In this document: piece by piece, positions 61,071 through 64,000 of the stretch
Layout of the letters: each line of letters opens with the position of its first letter
Numbering within the stretch: the stretch's first letter is position 1
Source of the DNA: Podarcis vaucheri
Lineage: Eukaryota
Assembly: GCA_965113315.1 (NCBI GenBank)
Contig: OZ220368.1
Length of the DNA stretch: 64,000 bases
Direction: 5' to 3' (one strand)
The notes under the pieces: model-generated
What the model was told of the DNA's origin: nothing
The model's input: the letters and a program-made list of their open reading frames with translations, nothing else
Databases searched by the model: none
Made by a program: the position numbers and the translations under genes

Positions 61071-64000
61071 TCCTTTGAATGAAGTAAGGAATAAATCACA
61101 GTGCTAAGTCAGGGAACAGACAACCTTGTTGCATTGTCACCAGCAAGGCAGAACTGAGACCTCTGCCCATTTCTGGCCTCAGGATTTTATTTTATTTTTT
61201 AAGTTTCTCTCCTGCAATTGTCTTCAAAGTTTGGACACAATCAAAAGCATATTTAAATTATCTCCTGGTTTGAAGGCGAGTCATGGGACTTTAAAAGCTT
61301 AGGCTCTCTTGGGTCTCTGCTGCTTTCTAGATTGTCACCTTTTGGCCCCAACCCTTGTTGGAGTTCTAATTAGTTGGATTATGGCATCTGAGAAGGAAGC
61401 TATCCAGTATAACCTCTCAGATGCTTTCACAGGGACCAATTTACACCCTGGCTCTTTGGTCTCAGAAAGGGAAAAGTAGATGTTTGATATCACCTAGGTG
61501 AAAATTAAGAGAAAAATAAATGAGATCCCATTATTTGGATAGCATACGGTGAGTAAAATGTTTTTGGAGTAAGCACCAATGGCCAGCCATTGAGTGGCAT
61601 GAGAAGTAATGACTGCTGCATGTCAGTTCGTGAACATGGTTATAAAGAAACCATTTTCACAGTCATTTCAAATGTATTGGTGTTCTGTCTCTCCTTAAAG
61701 ATACAAAATAAAACCAAACACAGAGAATAGCTGTATGTGTAATGAGGTAGGGAAAGAAATTTTGCTAATGTTCGCCATTTCTTTTAAAAATTGAGTTGGG
61801 GAGTAGAAAATGGACAATCTTGAAGTAACATAATTGGGGGAGGGGGACTCATACAAGGTAATCTGCCAATGGACTGATTTTGAGTAGGAGCTGTTAGAGT
61901 TATCTACTCTTGGTCAGAAATTACATCACAGAATGTTCCCAATAGGTATTTTGAAAGTCAGATTACAATCATATACACACTCACATGGGACTAAGTCTCA
62001 TTAAGCTTCTGGTCTGAATAGATGTCTATCAGGTTGCACTATTGTGAAACCCAAGTCACACCATGTTTATAAATACAGTTCATTGCCTTTGAAATATACC
62101 CTGCTTTTTCAGATATATTAATATCGCAGCTAACTAAAAAATGTGGTGCCCTATAACGAAAGTGTACCTTAGTCAATTTAAGCAGAAGTAAGGGAATCAA
62201 ATCCATATTTTGCCTAAAATAAAATACAGAGGTCTACAGTGACCGTGATTTAAGCTCTCCCATGGAAACAATGGGACATATTTGGTTGGAGGGTTCCCCA
62301 AATTATTGCACATTGGGTTGGGTAGCTGTTACAGATATAGTTAGTTGGGCTCTAGGTCTGCTAGGAATGATGTACAGGTTACTGTGACTGGAGGCCCAAT
62401 GCAAGTCAGCAAAATGGTGATGTTGCAAAAAAGAGGAAGAAGCAAATCCTGTTTTGAATTTATTAAGAGAAGCATGCAAGACATAAGAGGTAATGACACT
62501 TCTTGCTGTGACGCTTATTATAGGTCTCTGAAGTGCTGCATCATGTGTTCACATTTTAATTATACAAACAAACGAGAAGATTCTGAAGACAAACTCAGAG
62601 TTGAGAATAACATTCAGAAGGCACTAGACATTTTCACTTAGGGAAAAGTAGCTTGGGGAAGAGGATGTGGAATTAATTTTTATATATTTAATGGATTCAT
62701 TTAAGAAGGATGAAAAATGAGTTGAAGTTTTAACCAAATTTAGGTTAGATTATGTATAACTAATTGTAAACAGCTGGGCAGTGAAATGTTGCTCTAGGAA
62801 ATAGAGAAGGGTGGAAAATAACACTTCACCAATGCTATAGAAAGGTGTGAATCCAATATGAGTCCAGCCTTTGCTTCAACTTTAATTGGATTAACTGGAA
62901 TTATCTCGCCAAGCTAATTTCAAGACTTCTTTGCCTTTGAGGGTATAAGTGATGTTGTTTTGGCTACAGTTGTGAAGTACTTCTGAGACAACTAATTTTG
63001 CCTGATCTGAAACAGTTTTGCATTCTTATTTCTGAATTCACACCCATTTTCAAACATTTTTGTGGACTACTTGAAGCTTGCTAGGGTTCTCGATGGATCA
63101 TTTACACTTTTTTTTTGTTCTGCAATGTATAATAGATTTCAATTCTGAATTAAATATGAGTAAAAAAATAACTATTTCTTCAGCACTGGTCTATTGAAAT
63201 TCAGCACTGTGTTATGAAACCATATTCCTAGACTAGGCTGCTAAGAAAGTCCCCTTTAAATCATAGTAAAAAAAAGAGATAGAGACAGCTCATAATAATT
63301 ATATCATGGGCCTTAGGTCAGGGGCTTATTAATTAATCCATTCATGTTTTAAATGGTTTTGAACTGCATCGGGGTGGGGTGGGAAAGACAACTAAATTGA
63401 AATTCCCCATACATTTTTGCTACACACTAATGCCAGTTACGGAGAATAGCAGTTCCAGTTCCAAACCCTCCCATTCAGGCTGACCTCAGCCCTATGGTGG
63501 TTTGCCCCACCAAACCCCTGGGGACCCACATTGGCCTCCTCAGGCCCCAGGGTACCGTATATTGGTTTGCCTTTCTGGACGACATACTGATACGCTGTAT
63601 CTTGAACATGACATAGAACGGCCTGATCCTCTCCCAAATGTTGATTCACCTGGGAGTAGGCTCAACACTGAGGTGGCCAGAATCAGCCTATCCCCTGAAC
63701 ACCAATTTTCCATGATTATTCTGGTACATGCCAAGCGTAAAATGTGACTTCTACAGCAAGCCAAGTTGTTAGGGAAAAGTATTTTCTGCCTGAAACTAGG
63801 CTATTCAGCAGGCTATTCCAGACCTTCCCCCTTGACTAGAAATACCAGGTTATAGCTAGCCTCAGCCCACTAGCTAAGGTGTCAACACTCTGTGGCATAA
63901 TGAGTGGACAGCCTACCCTAAGGGGCTGGGAAATGGGGGGGCATGTGTGAGATGTGCTCACAGGGAGTGTGATTTGAGGCATTCAAGAACATTAAAATTC

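Noticed and set aside
63437-63764. Overlapping 70-81 aa ORFs at the window end
   Set aside because: No recognisable protein family or exon structure; may be a decayed retroelement but I cannot support a call.

Overview
Eukaryotic genomic DNA, most likely from a lacertid lizard, as inferred from Sauria SINEs with a GGGACGCGGGTGGCGCTGTGG head and a Squam3-like CORE SINE. The window holds one complete minus-strand gene, TRIM33 (TIF1-gamma; RING, B-box1, B-box2, coiled coil, PHD, bromodomain). I traced 20 coding exons by hand from the ATG at 59879 to the TAA at 6929. Phases are consistent throughout: 3348 nt, 1115 aa, or 1098 aa without the 51-nt cassette exon 19. The gene has a CpG-island promoter, a 19.5-kb intron 1, one GC-AG intron and a long 3' UTR (about 5.7 kb) with miRNA and Pumilio sites. 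Introns carry many transposon relics: SINEs, Tc1/mariner and hAT MITEs, L2/RTE/CR1 fragments, solo LTRs and an isolated L1-like 5' UTR. I see no evidence of a wholly new biological system. The most interesting points are regulatory: a solo LTR 27 nt from a splice acceptor, antisense promoter-like insertions, the bromodomain cassette exon, a weak symmetric exon 5 with an RBFOX motif, and an extended miR-429 site.
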